Shown one piece after another: positions 19,826-29,439 of a stretch of DNA of 64,000 nucleotides. Each line of letters starts with the position of its first letter. Positions within the stretch are counted from its first letter, which is position 1. The position numbers and the translations under genes are program-made. The stretch lies in assembly GCA_041663165.1 (NCBI GenBank), contig JBAZRF010000001.1, positions 736-64,735 of the forward strand, written 5' to 3'. The stretch is from Minisyncoccota bacterium (GTDB lineage: Bacteria > Patescibacteriota > Minisyncoccia > Phycocordibacterales > XYD1-FULL-46-19). The notes under the pieces were generated by a model. It searched no databases, had not been told where the DNA came from, and was given only the letters and a program-made list of their open reading frames with translations.

Positions 19826-21289
19826 ATGGCCTCGCTTGAAGAATTAAGAAAAGAACGAATCAAGAAGCTAGAAATTTTAAGGTCTGCTGGTTATAACCCT
19901 TATCCGGCACAAACTGAAATCAATACCGGCCTCGAGAAGGCCTTTCTAAACTTTGATAGCCTGGCTGAAAAAGGGAGAGAAATTACTTTAGGCGGCCGGA
20001 TCATGGCTTTACGTCGGCAGGGTGGCCTGATTTTTATCGATTTAGTCGAAGGTGTCCATCGCTTGCAAGGTTTATTAAAAGAAGATGAGCTTGGCCAGCA
20101 ATTTGATTTATTTGTTGAGACAATCGATATTGGCGATTTTGTGCAATTGACCGGTAAATTAATGACGACCAAACGTGGCGAAAAAACGATTCAAGCTATT
20201 GGCTGGAAGATTTTAGCCAAGAGTTTGCGCCCCTTGCCCGACCAGTGGTCTGGTTTACAAGACACCGAGGAGCGTTTACGTAAACGCTATCTCGATATTC
20301 TCTTAAACGACGAAGTTCGGGCGATGGTAATTAAACGGGGAGAATTTTGGCAGGCGGTGCGGAATTTTCTTTTGAGCAAAGATTTCATTGAAGTGGAGAC
20401 GCCGGTTTTAGAAAACACGACGGGTGGCGCTGATGCTAAACCTTTCGCTACTCACCACAATGCCCTTGATCTTGATGTTTATTTGCGGATTTCAACTGGT
20501 GAACTTTGGCAGAAAAAATTGATGGTCGCTGGCCTCGATCGGACTTTTGAAATTGGTCGGCAATTTCGCAATGAGGGAATGGATGCCGAACACCTTCAAG
20601 ATTATACTCAGATGGAGTTTTATATGGCCTATGCTGATTATGAAAAAGGGATGGAGCTAGTGGAAGACCTATTTAAGCATGTGGCTAAAAAAGTTTTTGG
20701 CACCCTGCAATTTACCATTGGCGAATTTGAAATTGATTTGGACCAAAAATGGGAACGCTATGATTTTTGCGAAACAGTTAAGAAGATGACGGGAATAAAT
20801 ATTTTAACAGCCGATTTGGCCGAAATTGAAAAAAAACTCAAAGAGTTAGAGATAGATTATGATAAAAAGGGTTTCAACATTACTCGCGGGATTGATAATT
20901 TGTGGAAATATTGCCGTAAACAAATCGCTGGGCCTGGCTTCCTAGTTGGCACACCAATCGATATTTCGCCCCTGGCTAAACGCGACGAAAAAAACTCGCG
21001 TCTCGCTCAACGTTTTCAGCCAATTATTGCTGGTTCCGAATTGGGCAATGGTTATAGTGAGCTCAATGACCCACAAGATCAACTGGCTCGTTTTAACGAG
21101 CAAATGAAATTGCGCGAGGCAGGGGATGAAGAGGCCCAGATGAAAGATGAAGAATTCGTCGAAGCGCTCGAATATGGCATGCCCCCGACCTGTGGTTTTG
21201 GCATGAGCGAACGTGTGTTTGCCTTCCTTAGTAATAAGTCGATGAGAGAGGCGCAGATATTTCCTCTTATGCGCCCGAAAGATAAATAA
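19826..21289 (+). CDS. lysS: Lysyl-tRNA synthetase, class II
   Basis: Class IIb motifs (FIEVETP, FEIGRQFRNEG) and N-terminal OB fold. Confidence 0.92.
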   Translation: MASLEELRKERIKKLEILRSAGYNPYPAQTEINTGLEKAFLNFDSLAEKGREITLGGRIMALRRQGGLIFIDLVEGVHRLQGLLKEDELGQQFDLFVETIDIGDFVQLTGKLMTTKRGEKTIQAIGWKILAKSLRPLPDQWSGLQDTEERLRKRYLDILLNDEVRAMVIKRGEFWQAVRNFLLSKDFIEVETPVLENTTGGADAKPFATHHNALDLDVYLRISTGELWQKKLMVAGLDRTFEIGRQFRNEGMDAEHLQDYTQMEFYMAYADYEKGMELVEDLFKHVAKKVFGTLQFTIGEFEIDLDQKWERYDFCETVKKMTGINILTADLAEIEKKLKELEIDYDKKGFNITRGIDNLWKYCRKQIAGPGFLVGTPIDISPLAKRDEKNSRLAQRFQPIIAGSELGNGYSELNDPQDQLARFNEQMKLREAGDEEAQMKDEEFVEALEYGMPPTCGFGMSERVFAFLSNKSMREAQIFPLMRPKDK

Positions 21290-21309
21290 TTTTTGTTTAG
21301 TTAAAAATT

Positions 21310-21645
21310 ATGACAGAAGACGCACCAAAACCAACTCCTAAAAAAGAGACCATTCTCGGTCCGGCCGAAAAAATTGAGCGGGCGAGTCATCATACCGATT
21401 TTACGGAGCTTTTTAAAGTTCTTGACGAAATTGGCCCGATTGAGGGCTCTTTGGGCACATATCCACCAGAAGTATTAAAGGATGCTATCCGAAAACTTTT
21501 TACTGGCGAGAGCACTATCACTCAGATTCCTGGTACTTATAAACTGAGAAGCGCTATTGCCCGGTTATCTCAAAGTCGAGCAGAAAAGATTATCGCAAGC
21601 ATAAAGTTTAGCGATCGCGCTCTCTCTGGCGAGCAAAATTGGTAA
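21310..21645 (+). CDS. Hypothetical protein
   Basis: ORF only. No recognisable motifs. Confidence 0.35.
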   Translation: MTEDAPKPTPKKETILGPAEKIERASHHTDFTELFKVLDEIGPIEGSLGTYPPEVLKDAIRKLFTGESTITQIPGTYKLRSAIARLSQSRAEKIIASIKFSDRALSGEQNW

Positions 21646-21686
21646 GCTAGAAAAGCTCTCAAATTTCTGCTAGGCTGTGTCTAGTT

Positions 21687-22751
21687 ATGAAAAAAACACT
21701 GCTAGTTTTAGTTGTTATCTTTTTGCCGTTGGTGTCGCAAGCCAAGGCGCTGGAATTTTCGGCCTGGGTGCCGTATTGGAAGAAGGCGGCGGCGGTGTCC
21801 GAGACGCAAACCAATCTGGCCAAACTGGCCACGATTATGCCATTTTCGTACGAAGTTAAAACTGACGGTACAGTTTGGGACCCAATGAAAATAACTAAGG
21901 ACCCCTGGCCGGCGTTACTAGCTTCGGCTCGGGCCAAGAATGTCAAAATTATTCCCTCGATTTTATGGACTAATGGCACGGCCATCCAAAAGGTTTTATC
22001 TACTCAAAAATCACGCCTAGCCCATGTCAAGCAAATTAGTGATATCGTCAAAAATAATAATTGGTCGGGGATCGACATTGATTATGAGAGCAAGACGGTT
22101 GGCAGCTTCAACACTTTTGCCGCTTTTATTCGTGATTTGTCGATCTCTCTGCATAAGGATAAAAAATTATTATCTTGTACCATCGAGCCGCGCCTGCCGC
22201 CGACCTCGCGTTTTGCCAAGGTGCCCGAGGAGATTCAATATGCCAATGATTACGTTAAACTTAACCAATATTGCGACGAAGTGCGCATTATGGCCTACGA
22301 TCAAATGACGGCCGACATTCTGCTTAATAAGCGTAAAAAGTCGCTAGGTTATTACGCGCCGGTGGCGGACATCGATTTTGTCAAAAAGGTGGTCGCTTAT
22401 GCCAGCCATCAAATCAAACCGTCAAAAATTGTAATTGGTGTGGCTAGTTACGGTTATGCTTATCAAATTATTGATAAGGGTACTTACTATGATTACAAAA
22501 AACTAAGTGCTTTATCCTACAAAACTTTTTACGATTTGGCCAAAAGTACGGGCTCAACTCCTACGCGCAATACGGCTGGCGAATTATCCTTTGTCTATCA
22601 TAAGGAGGGGCAGACTCGTTTTGCTACTCTGTCTGATTCGGTGGCGATTGCCTCAAAAATTAAGCTAGCCAAAAATCTTGGTCTCAAAGGCGTCGCCTTG
22701 TTTAAGGTAGATGGCGAGGGTGATCCCAATCTCTGGAAGGTAATAAAATAG
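21687..22751 (+). CDS. Secreted glycoside hydrolase family 18-like protein
   Basis: Signal peptide present. The GIDIDYE segment matches the GH18 DxDxE catalytic motif. Confidence 0.65.
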   Translation: MKKTLLVLVVIFLPLVSQAKALEFSAWVPYWKKAAAVSETQTNLAKLATIMPFSYEVKTDGTVWDPMKITKDPWPALLASARAKNVKIIPSILWTNGTAIQKVLSTQKSRLAHVKQISDIVKNNNWSGIDIDYESKTVGSFNTFAAFIRDLSISLHKDKKLLSCTIEPRLPPTSRFAKVPEEIQYANDYVKLNQYCDEVRIMAYDQMTADILLNKRKKSLGYYAPVADIDFVKKVVAYASHQIKPSKIVIGVASYGYAYQIIDKGTYYDYKKLSALSYKTFYDLAKSTGSTPTRNTAGELSFVYHKEGQTRFATLSDSVAIASKIKLAKNLGLKGVALFKVDGEGDPNLWKVIK

Positions 22752-22846
22752 AAAAATAAAAAAACTTGCCACGTGATCCCGCCCAAGGGTGGGGTTTTAC
22801 GTGGTTATGGTCATACGACCATTGCTCGGCTCGCTACGCTCGCCGG

Positions 22847-22855
22847 TTATCCACA
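22847..22855 (+). promoter_or_regulatory. Perfect DnaA-box consensus TTATCCACA
   Basis: Exact 9-mer, upstream of the mraZ promoter. Confidence 0.4.
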
Positions 22856-22872
22856 GGTTTATGCACTTTTGG

Positions 22873-22923
22873 GTGGGAAATTGGTGTTGTGAAGTGGGGA
22901 ATGGTGGGGTAGAATGGGAAGTA
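22873..22923 (+). promoter_or_regulatory. mraZ promoter (TTGTGA-17-TAGAAT) embedded in five ~10-bp-phased GTGGG direct repeats (MraZ operator-like)
   Basis: -35 at 22887-22892 and -10 at 22910-22915. GTGGG-like repeats start near 22873, 22884, 22894, 22904 and 22915. Confidence 0.6.
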
Positions 22924-23358
22924 ATGTTGATCGGCGAATTTAGGCATATCATTGACGATAAAAAACGCATCTCCATGCCTGCCTCTTTTCGTCGCGAAGT
23001 GGGCAAAAAAATGGTTATCACCAAGGGCCTCGATAGTTGCTTGTTCGCCTATACGATTGATGGGTGGAAAAAGGTTAGCGCTGAACTCGATAAATTACCG
23101 ATGACCCAAGGGGCAGCGCGCAGTTTTTCGCGCTTTATTTTAGGTAGCGCTTTTGAAGTGGAGATTGATGCGATGGGGCGCGTTTTGATTCCCGATCACT
23201 TAAAAGATTTTGCCGATTTGAAGAGTCGGGTTGTGGTGGTTGGTTTAAATGATCGAATCGAAATTTGGGATGAAAGAAAGTGGAAGGAGAATATTGATAA
23301 AGTGGAGAAGCAGGCCGACGTGCTGGCCGAGCGCTTAAGCGAGGTGGGGATGTTTTAG
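22924..23358 (+). CDS. mraZ: Transcriptional regulator MraZ
   Basis: The start is moved to MLIGEFRHIIDDKKRISMP (tandem MraZ-type DxxxR domains). It sits first in the dcw cluster, and the extended ORF track start would overlap the promoter. Confidence 0.8.
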   Translation: MLIGEFRHIIDDKKRISMPASFRREVGKKMVITKGLDSCLFAYTIDGWKKVSAELDKLPMTQGAARSFSRFILGSAFEVEIDAMGRVLIPDHLKDFADLKSRVVVVGLNDRIEIWDERKWKENIDKVEKQADVLAERLSEVGMF

Positions 23359-23360
23359 CT

Positions 23361-24263
23361 ATGCACGTACCGGTTCTTTTACAACCAACAATTGAGCTAC
23401 TGGATTTGAAGGAAGGTGAAACGGTAGTGGACACCACACTGGGTCTCGGCGGGCACGCCAGGGAAATGGCCAAGCGAATTGGCAAAGACGGGTTCCTCAT
23501 CGGTTTCGACGCTGACCAGGGACTCATGGCCCAAGCCAAAGAGAATCTCAAGGATGTAGATTGTCGAAAACTTTTTATAAATACCAATTTTCGGAACATC
23601 GGGTCGGTCTTAGACAAGGAGGGGATCGAACAAGTCGACAAAGTCTTGTTTGATCTAGGCTTGAATTCGGAACAATTCGACGAGTCGGGGAGGGGATTCA
23701 CTTTTCAGAAAGATGAGCCATTGCTAATGACTCTGGCTAATGATATCGGCGAAGAAACGTTAACTGCCCAAGAGATAGTGAACACTTGGGATGAAGAGCA
23801 CATTGCTGACATTATCTACGGTTACGGCGAAGAACGAATGTCACGACGGATTGCTCGGGCGATTGTTCTGGCTAGGGTTGATAAACCAATCCTTACCACC
23901 TTTGATTTAGTTGAGGTCATTAGACAGGCTGTTCCCGTTTTTTATACCAAAAAGAAAATTCATTTTGCCACCAAAACTTTTCAGGCATTACGAATTACCG
24001 TTAATGATGAGCTTGGCGCCTTGTCGGATGGGTTAGCTGGCGCTTGGGAGAAATTAAGCCATGGGGGGAGAGTTGCTGCCCTCTCCTTCCATAGCTTGGA
24101 GTCTCGAATGATCAAGAATTTTTTTAAAACTAAAATGGCGGAGGGTACGGGTAAATTAATTAACAAAAAAGCCATCAGTCCAGAAAGAGAGGAGGAGCTG
24201 GTCAATCCACGTTCGCGCAGTGCTCAATTGCGGGTAATTCAAAAGATAGAAAAACAATTTTAA
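23361..24263 (+). CDS. rsmH: 16S rRNA (cytosine1402-N4)-methyltransferase RsmH (MraW)
   Basis: SAM-binding motifs (VVDTTLGLGGHA, FDLGLNS). Located downstream of mraZ. Confidence 0.9.
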   Translation: MHVPVLLQPTIELLDLKEGETVVDTTLGLGGHAREMAKRIGKDGFLIGFDADQGLMAQAKENLKDVDCRKLFINTNFRNIGSVLDKEGIEQVDKVLFDLGLNSEQFDESGRGFTFQKDEPLLMTLANDIGEETLTAQEIVNTWDEEHIADIIYGYGEERMSRRIARAIVLARVDKPILTTFDLVEVIRQAVPVFYTKKKIHFATKTFQALRITVNDELGALSDGLAGAWEKLSHGGRVAALSFHSLESRMIKNFFKTKMAEGTGKLINKKAISPEREEELVNPRSRSAQLRVIQKIEKQF

Positions 24264-24267
24264 AAAC

Positions 24268-24555
24268 ATGATTTTGGGAAAAAGATTAAAACTGATAATG
24301 GCCGTGGCCATCCTTGTCCTCGCCGGGACATACGTCTACTTGGTGAAAAGTTCGGTTTTTGCCGTGGCTGAAAGGCGAGACAACGAAGAAAAAATTTCCC
24401 AACTTGAGGCCGATGTCTCAACCTTAGAGGCTGACTACATGGCGAGGTCTAATAATGTTACACTAGAATTAGCCAGGTCACTTGGTTTTCTTGATGCGAC
24501 CGGCAAAGCGAGTTTCGCAATCAAAGATCGTCCGGTTGGCCTAGCCCGTAATTAA
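24268..24555 (+). CDS. ftsL: Cell division protein FtsL-like (single TM + coiled coil)
   Basis: 95-aa bitopic protein between rsmH and ftsI. Confidence 0.55.
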   Translation: MILGKRLKLIMAVAILVLAGTYVYLVKSSVFAVAERRDNEEKISQLEADVSTLEADYMARSNNVTLELARSLGFLDATGKASFAIKDRPVGLARN

Positions 24556-24557
24556 GA

Positions 24558-26273
24558 ATGAAGTTTAGCGCTTCAAGAATTAGAGTCCTGTGTCTGGTTA
24601 TTTTTGCGGTGGCTTTTTTATTTGTCGCCCGTCTTTTTTTTGTTCAGGTAGTGAGAGCTGATTATTATGCTGATCTGGCCGATCGCCAATATCTTCGGCC
24701 CAGCGTCGGGGTTTTTGATCGAGGAAGCATCATCGCTCTCAAACGCGATGGCACCGTTTTTTCTTTGGCCGGGTTAAAAACGGCTTATATTATTGCTCTC
24801 AATCCCAAACAATTAGCCGAGGGCAAAGCTAATTTGGCAGAAATTTATCAGAAATTAAACCAAATTTTGCCAATTGATAGCAACAATTTTATGAAAAGCG
24901 CTACCAAGGCCAATGATCCTTATGAAGAGATTGCCACTAAAGTTGACCAGGTAACGGCTGATAAAATTAAAAAACTAGACATTAAGGGCTTAAACTTATA
25001 CAAGCAAAAATTACGTTCCTATCCTTTGGGGGTAACCGCTTCCCATGCCGTTGGCCTTTTGGGTTATGAGGGCGATACGCTGGCGGGGCGTTATGGTTTA
25101 GAGCGATCTTATGATCAAATTTTGTCTCGTCAGGGAGAAACAACCTTTGCTAATTTTTTTGTTGAACTTTTCTCGGGTCTAGGTAAGTCTCTAACAAAAG
25201 ACGAAGATAAAAGTCAGGGCGATATTACCACAACGATCGAGCCGATCGTTCAAAAATTACTAGAGAAAGAACTCGCTCAAACTAAAGAGACTTGGCAAGC
25301 TGATGGCATGGGCGGCATAATTATTGATCCTAAAACCGGTGAAATCTTGGCGATATCAGCCTTGCCCAATTTTGATCCGGGCCAAAAGCAAACAGATCTT
25401 GGCGTCCTGTCCAACCCAATGGTTGAGAAAGTTTATGAGATGGGATCAATTGTTAAACCCTTAACCCTGGCGGCGGGCCTGGATTCTGGCGTTATCACGG
25501 AAAAAACAACTTACGATGACAAGGGTTGTATTACTTTGAACAAAAAAGAATTTTGTAATTACGATGGCAAGGCCCGCGGAGTGATTCCCATGCAAGAGAT
25601 TCTCAATCAATCGCTTAACTTGGGGGCAACTTTTGTCGAACAACAATTAGGACCCGAACGTTTTCGCAATTATTTTACCGCCTTTGGTTTAGGAACTAAA
25701 ACGGGAATAGATTTACCGAGCGAGGGAGTTGGTTTAGTAAAAAATTTAAATAGCCGAGAACCTGTCGATTTGGCCAATATTTCTTTTGGACAGGGTATCG
25801 CTGTTACCCCTATTGAGATCACTCGGGCCCTTTGCGTTCTTGCTAATGGCGGTTACCTAATTCAGCCCCATTTGGTTAAACGCATTGATTATCAAAATAA
25901 ATTATCTCGTACCATTGAGCCCAAAATCGGGCCATCGGTCATTAAAAAAGAAACCAGTGAACGTATTACTCGAATGCTCGTTACCGTTGTTGATCAAAAA
26001 TTGGCGGGCGGTAAAGCTAAAATGGAAAATTATTCGATTGCTGCTAAAACTGGTACAGCCCAAATTGCCAATCCGGCAACTGGTAAATATTACCCAGACC
26101 GCTATCTTCACTCTTTCTTCGGCTATTTCCCTGCCTATGAGCCGCGCTTTCTTGTTTTTATGTTTATGGTGTATCCTAAAGGGGTGAAGTATTCGTCAGA
26201 AACTCTGACCGAACCGTTTATCGATATTTCGCGATCCCTATTAAATTATTATCAAGTCCCGCCAGATCGATGA
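24558..26273 (+). CDS. ftsI: Penicillin-binding protein (FtsI/PBP3-type transpeptidase)
   Basis: SXXK (GSIVKP), SxN and KTGTAQ motifs. Located in the dcw cluster. Confidence 0.85.
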   Translation: MKFSASRIRVLCLVIFAVAFLFVARLFFVQVVRADYYADLADRQYLRPSVGVFDRGSIIALKRDGTVFSLAGLKTAYIIALNPKQLAEGKANLAEIYQKLNQILPIDSNNFMKSATKANDPYEEIATKVDQVTADKIKKLDIKGLNLYKQKLRSYPLGVTASHAVGLLGYEGDTLAGRYGLERSYDQILSRQGETTFANFFVELFSGLGKSLTKDEDKSQGDITTTIEPIVQKLLEKELAQTKETWQADGMGGIIIDPKTGEILAISALPNFDPGQKQTDLGVLSNPMVEKVYEMGSIVKPLTLAAGLDSGVITEKTTYDDKGCITLNKKEFCNYDGKARGVIPMQEILNQSLNLGATFVEQQLGPERFRNYFTAFGLGTKTGIDLPSEGVGLVKNLNSREPVDLANISFGQGIAVTPIEITRALCVLANGGYLIQPHLVKRIDYQNKLSRTIEPKIGPSVIKKETSERITRMLVTVVDQKLAGGKAKMENYSIAAKTGTAQIANPATGKYYPDRYLHSFFGYFPAYEPRFLVFMFMVYPKGVKYSSETLTEPFIDISRSLLNYYQVPPDR

Positions 26274-27577
26274 TAAAGAGACTTTTTAAATCAATAATTG
26301 CTAAAATTCTTCAGCTGGAAGCTCGTTTGGTGTTGAAGAAATATCACCCCAAAATTATTGGGGTAACGGGGAGTGTGGGCAAAACTTCGACCAAGGATGC
26401 TGTCGCTTCGGTTTTGGGTAAAAGCTTATCGGTGCGTTCAAGCGAGAAAAGTTACAATTCGAGCGACTTCGGCGTGGCCTTAACTGTGCTTGGTTGCCAT
26501 TCGGCTTGGAACGATTTGTTCGGCTGGCTCGAAATTATGATCTATGGCTTGGTTTTAATTATCATCCGCAAACCTTATCCGGAGTGGCTTATCCTTGAGG
26601 TCGGTTTGGAGTATCCCGGTGAAATCAAGCGGGTCCTTAAATGGGTTAAATTTGATTTAGCGGTAATCACCCTCTTACCCGAAGTGCCCGTTCACGTCGA
26701 ATTTTTTAAATCTAAAAATGAGGTTATCGATGAAAAAATGCTCATTGCTAAAGCTGTTCCCGCTTCTGGTCACATTTTTCTCAATGCCGACGACTCCAAC
26801 TCTCTTAAATTTATGTCAGAATTAACTGGTGAGGTAAATACCATCGGCTTTTCTCCTCAGGCCGATTATCGTGCAACTAGTCCATCAATTGCCTATGACA
26901 ATGAGGATGAACACTTGGTGCCGGCTGGTTTGAATTTTAATCTTGATCATAACGAAAAGAGTTTAATGGTAAAAATCAACGGGGTTGTCGGCGAGCATCA
27001 AATTTACCCCGTCTTAACAGCGCTGGCGGTTGGCGATAAATTGGGACTGAAGATGATTGAGATGATCGAATCTCTCGGCGAGTATAAACCGCCCGCCGGT
27101 CGGTTGCGTTTAATCGAGGGGATTAAAAGGACGATAATTCTTGATGACACCTATAATGCTTCACCGGCCGCTGTTGCCGCTGGGCTCAAAACACTTGATG
27201 ATTTTGAAGCAATTGGTCAAAAAATTGTCGTTTTGGGAGACATGCTTCAATTGGGTAAGCATACTGTCGAAGCCCATAAGGAAATTGGTTATCAAGCTTC
27301 CCAAATTTGTGATTTGGTGATAACGGTGGGTTTACGTTCTAAATTTATTGATGAAGGCCTGCGCGAGAAAAAATATCCCGATAAGAGGATAAAGCATTTT
27401 GACGATTCGCTCGAAGCCGGGGAGTATCTACAAAAAATTATAAAAAAGGGTGATGTGATTTTTGTTAAAGGTTCGCAGGGGATGCGGATGGAAAAAGTGG
27501 TTGAAGAAATCATGGCTCATCCCGAAGGCAAAGCTAAGTTATTGGTTCGGCAAGATAAGGAGTGGCTGAGTAAGTAA
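26270..27577 (+). CDS. murF: Mur ligase family, probably UDP-MurNAc-pentapeptide synthetase MurF
   Basis: P-loop GVTGSVGKTSTK and three-domain Mur ligase layout. It follows ftsI. A MurE assignment cannot be excluded. Confidence 0.65.
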   Translation: MIKRLFKSIIAKILQLEARLVLKKYHPKIIGVTGSVGKTSTKDAVASVLGKSLSVRSSEKSYNSSDFGVALTVLGCHSAWNDLFGWLEIMIYGLVLIIIRKPYPEWLILEVGLEYPGEIKRVLKWVKFDLAVITLLPEVPVHVEFFKSKNEVIDEKMLIAKAVPASGHIFLNADDSNSLKFMSELTGEVNTIGFSPQADYRATSPSIAYDNEDEHLVPAGLNFNLDHNEKSLMVKINGVVGEHQIYPVLTALAVGDKLGLKMIEMIESLGEYKPPAGRLRLIEGIKRTIILDDTYNASPAAVAAGLKTLDDFEAIGQKIVVLGDMLQLGKHTVEAHKEIGYQASQICDLVITVGLRSKFIDEGLREKKYPDKRIKHFDDSLEAGEYLQKIIKKGDVIFVKGSQGMRMEKVVEEIMAHPEGKAKLLVRQDKEWLSK

Positions 27578-27668
27578 TAAATAAAAAAGTTATAAAAATA
27601 AAACTGGCCCAAACCACTTTCGTGATCTGGGCCTGCCAACGAGATTGTTCTTGTTGGACTTGCGTTCG

Positions 27669-28553
27669 CTATGGCTTGTAATTCTTGCAGGTCATCTCGG
27701 CCCGCCATACGTACCATTCGGCTTTCGTATGGTCGTCGTCCCTCTTGGCCGCTTCCGTTGAGGGAGTCCCGAAGCTGTAGGTGCTTGGGATGACCATCTT
27801 TTCCCCGCCCCAGTCTAGTTTTAGGCCGGTCAACTGCATGATCTTGGCCGGGTCGATGGTTGCCACGACCCTGGTCCCGTAGTTCGTGTAACTGTGGGGC
27901 TCTCCCTCGATCGGCTCTACGTGTGGCGCATACACCTTCAATCCCTCGGGGGGTATTGAGTAGATATACCGCTCTGTCGAGAATTCCCGCTTGCCACTGG
28001 GCACGCTTGCGTGGATCTCTTCGAGATCTCGGAGCAGTACATACTTTTCCCGACTGTCGTAGTCTGCCTTGTCCTCTGGGACGTTGTATTCCGAAGAGTC
28101 CTCGAGGACGAGCTTCCATCCGTCGGATTTCTTCTGGACTTCTCCCAGGATGGGTAGATCACGATTGTAGGGCAGGGGCCGCTCTTCCCGGATTTCTCCT
28201 TTCGTGTCAATCTTGCGGGAATATACGGGTAAGCTCTTCAGGCCACTCTTCATCCGGTAGAATGTTCCGCTGACGCGTACCATCGTATCGGCGAAGAAGA
28301 AGTGGGCCCCATTCTTGTCCCACCGATCGAGGTACAACCCCTTCGGAATGTACATTCGATCTCCCTTGATGACTGGGTTGATTATGACGGGACGGTCCCA
28401 TCCGACACCGTCCAGGACATAATCGCCGTCGGCCTGCTCCACGGCACTCCAAGCATGGCATGTTACCTTGCAGTACACAGCATCCTCCGCCATGGCGATT
28501 CCACTGACAAACCCAATGACAAACAACATTGCGACCCACATCGTCTTACGCAT
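27669..28553 (-). CDS. Hypothetical secreted protein encoded in a GC-rich (~57%) insert
   Basis: Signal peptide MRKTMWVAMLFVIGFVSGIAMA and strong RBS GGAAGGAG. Codon usage is GC3-rich, unlike its neighbours. No recognisable domain. Confidence 0.6.
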   Translation of the reverse strand: MRKTMWVAMLFVIGFVSGIAMAEDAVYCKVTCHAWSAVEQADGDYVLDGVGWDRPVIINPVIKGDRMYIPKGLYLDRWDKNGAHFFFADTMVRVSGTFYRMKSGLKSLPVYSRKIDTKGEIREERPLPYNRDLPILGEVQKKSDGWKLVLEDSSEYNVPEDKADYDSREKYVLLRDLEEIHASVPSGKREFSTERYIYSIPPEGLKVYAPHVEPIEGEPHSYTNYGTRVVATIDPAKIMQLTGLKLDWGGEKMVIPSTYSFGTPSTEAAKRDDDHTKAEWYVWRAEMTCKNYKP

Positions 28554-28624
28554 AAGCGTATTCTCCTTCCTTGGCGCATGGCGACCGGTACTTAACCGGG
28601 CCGTAACTTACTCTTCCAATGTTG

Positions 28625-28652
28625 ATTATAGCATCTACACAAAATTTGTCAA
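28625..28652 (-). promoter_or_regulatory. Consensus sigma70 promoter (TTGACA-16-TATAAT) for the GC-rich secreted protein gene
   Basis: Reverse complement reads TTGACAaattttgtgtagatgcTATAAT. Confidence 0.6.
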
Positions 28653-28706
28653 GTGTTTGGCATTGCCCCAAAGGGGCTTAAATGTTACTATATTTTTAAC
28701 AATTTA

Positions 28707-28780
28707 GGCCCCATCGTCTAATGGTTAGGACATCACCCTCTCACGGTGGTAATCCGGGTTCGACTCCCGGTGGGGTCGCA
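28707..28780 (+). tRNA. tRNA-Glu (anticodon CUC)
   Basis: Cloverleaf: acceptor GGCCCCA/TGGGGTC, anticodon loop CTCTCAC, T-loop GGGTTCGACTCCC. Close match to bacterial tRNA-Glu. CCA is not encoded. Confidence 0.9.
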
Positions 28781-28842
28781 AAATTTATCAAGGAGCCGAG
28801 TGAGATTCCCGGTGGTTTTTAATTGTGTTAAAATCTTAAGAC

Positions 28843-29436
28843 ATGTTTACCTTAGCCCAAGTTGTTGTTTTACTTAAGACCTACGGCTACGTGTTGATTT
28901 TCCCGATCGCTTTTGTCGAGGGGCCAATCATTACTGTAATTTGCGGGTGGCTCTCGGCTGTTGGGATTCTTAATTTTTTTGTCGTTTACGCGATTTTAAT
29001 TATCGCCAACTTGCTGGGTGATGCTTTTTATTATGCCATTGGCTATTGGGGCGGCCCGTCCTTAATTAGGAGGTGGGGCCATTGGCTAAGGCTTGACTTA
29101 GAACAAACCGTCAAATTGAAAAACCATTTCGACAACCATGGTGGTAAAATTTTATTGACGGCTAAAATTACTCCACACTTGGCAGCGGCCGCAGTGCTTG
29201 CTGGTGCCGGCCTGGCTAAATATCGCTTCACGCTTTTTATTCGCTACTGTCTCTTGGTTGAGGTTCCTAAAACTCTTATCCTGATGCTGGTCGGTTATTT
29301 TGTCGGCGACGCCTATCAAAAAATTGTTGTCTATCTTGATTATTTAGGGGCGGTTTTATCTGCTGTCTTAGTTCTCATCTTGGGTTACGGGTTTTATTAT
29401 TGGCGTCGAAATCTGAAGAATCAAGCAAAAGATTAA
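28843..29436 (+). CDS. DedA/TVP38 family membrane protein
   Basis: DedA signature around YVLIFPIAFVEGPIITVICG. Polytopic membrane protein. Confidence 0.7.
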   Translation: MFTLAQVVVLLKTYGYVLIFPIAFVEGPIITVICGWLSAVGILNFFVVYAILIIANLLGDAFYYAIGYWGGPSLIRRWGHWLRLDLEQTVKLKNHFDNHGGKILLTAKITPHLAAAAVLAGAGLAKYRFTLFIRYCLLVEVPKTLILMLVGYFVGDAYQKIVVYLDYLGAVLSAVLVLILGYGFYYWRRNLKNQAKD

Positions 29437-29439
29437 ATT

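Noticed and set aside
22789-22923. A long N-terminal extension of mraZ, from the ORF-track start MGFYVVMV....
   Set aside because: The extension would run through the promoter and operator repeats. The conserved MraZ N-terminus begins at the Met at 22924, which has a GGGAAG RBS-like element.
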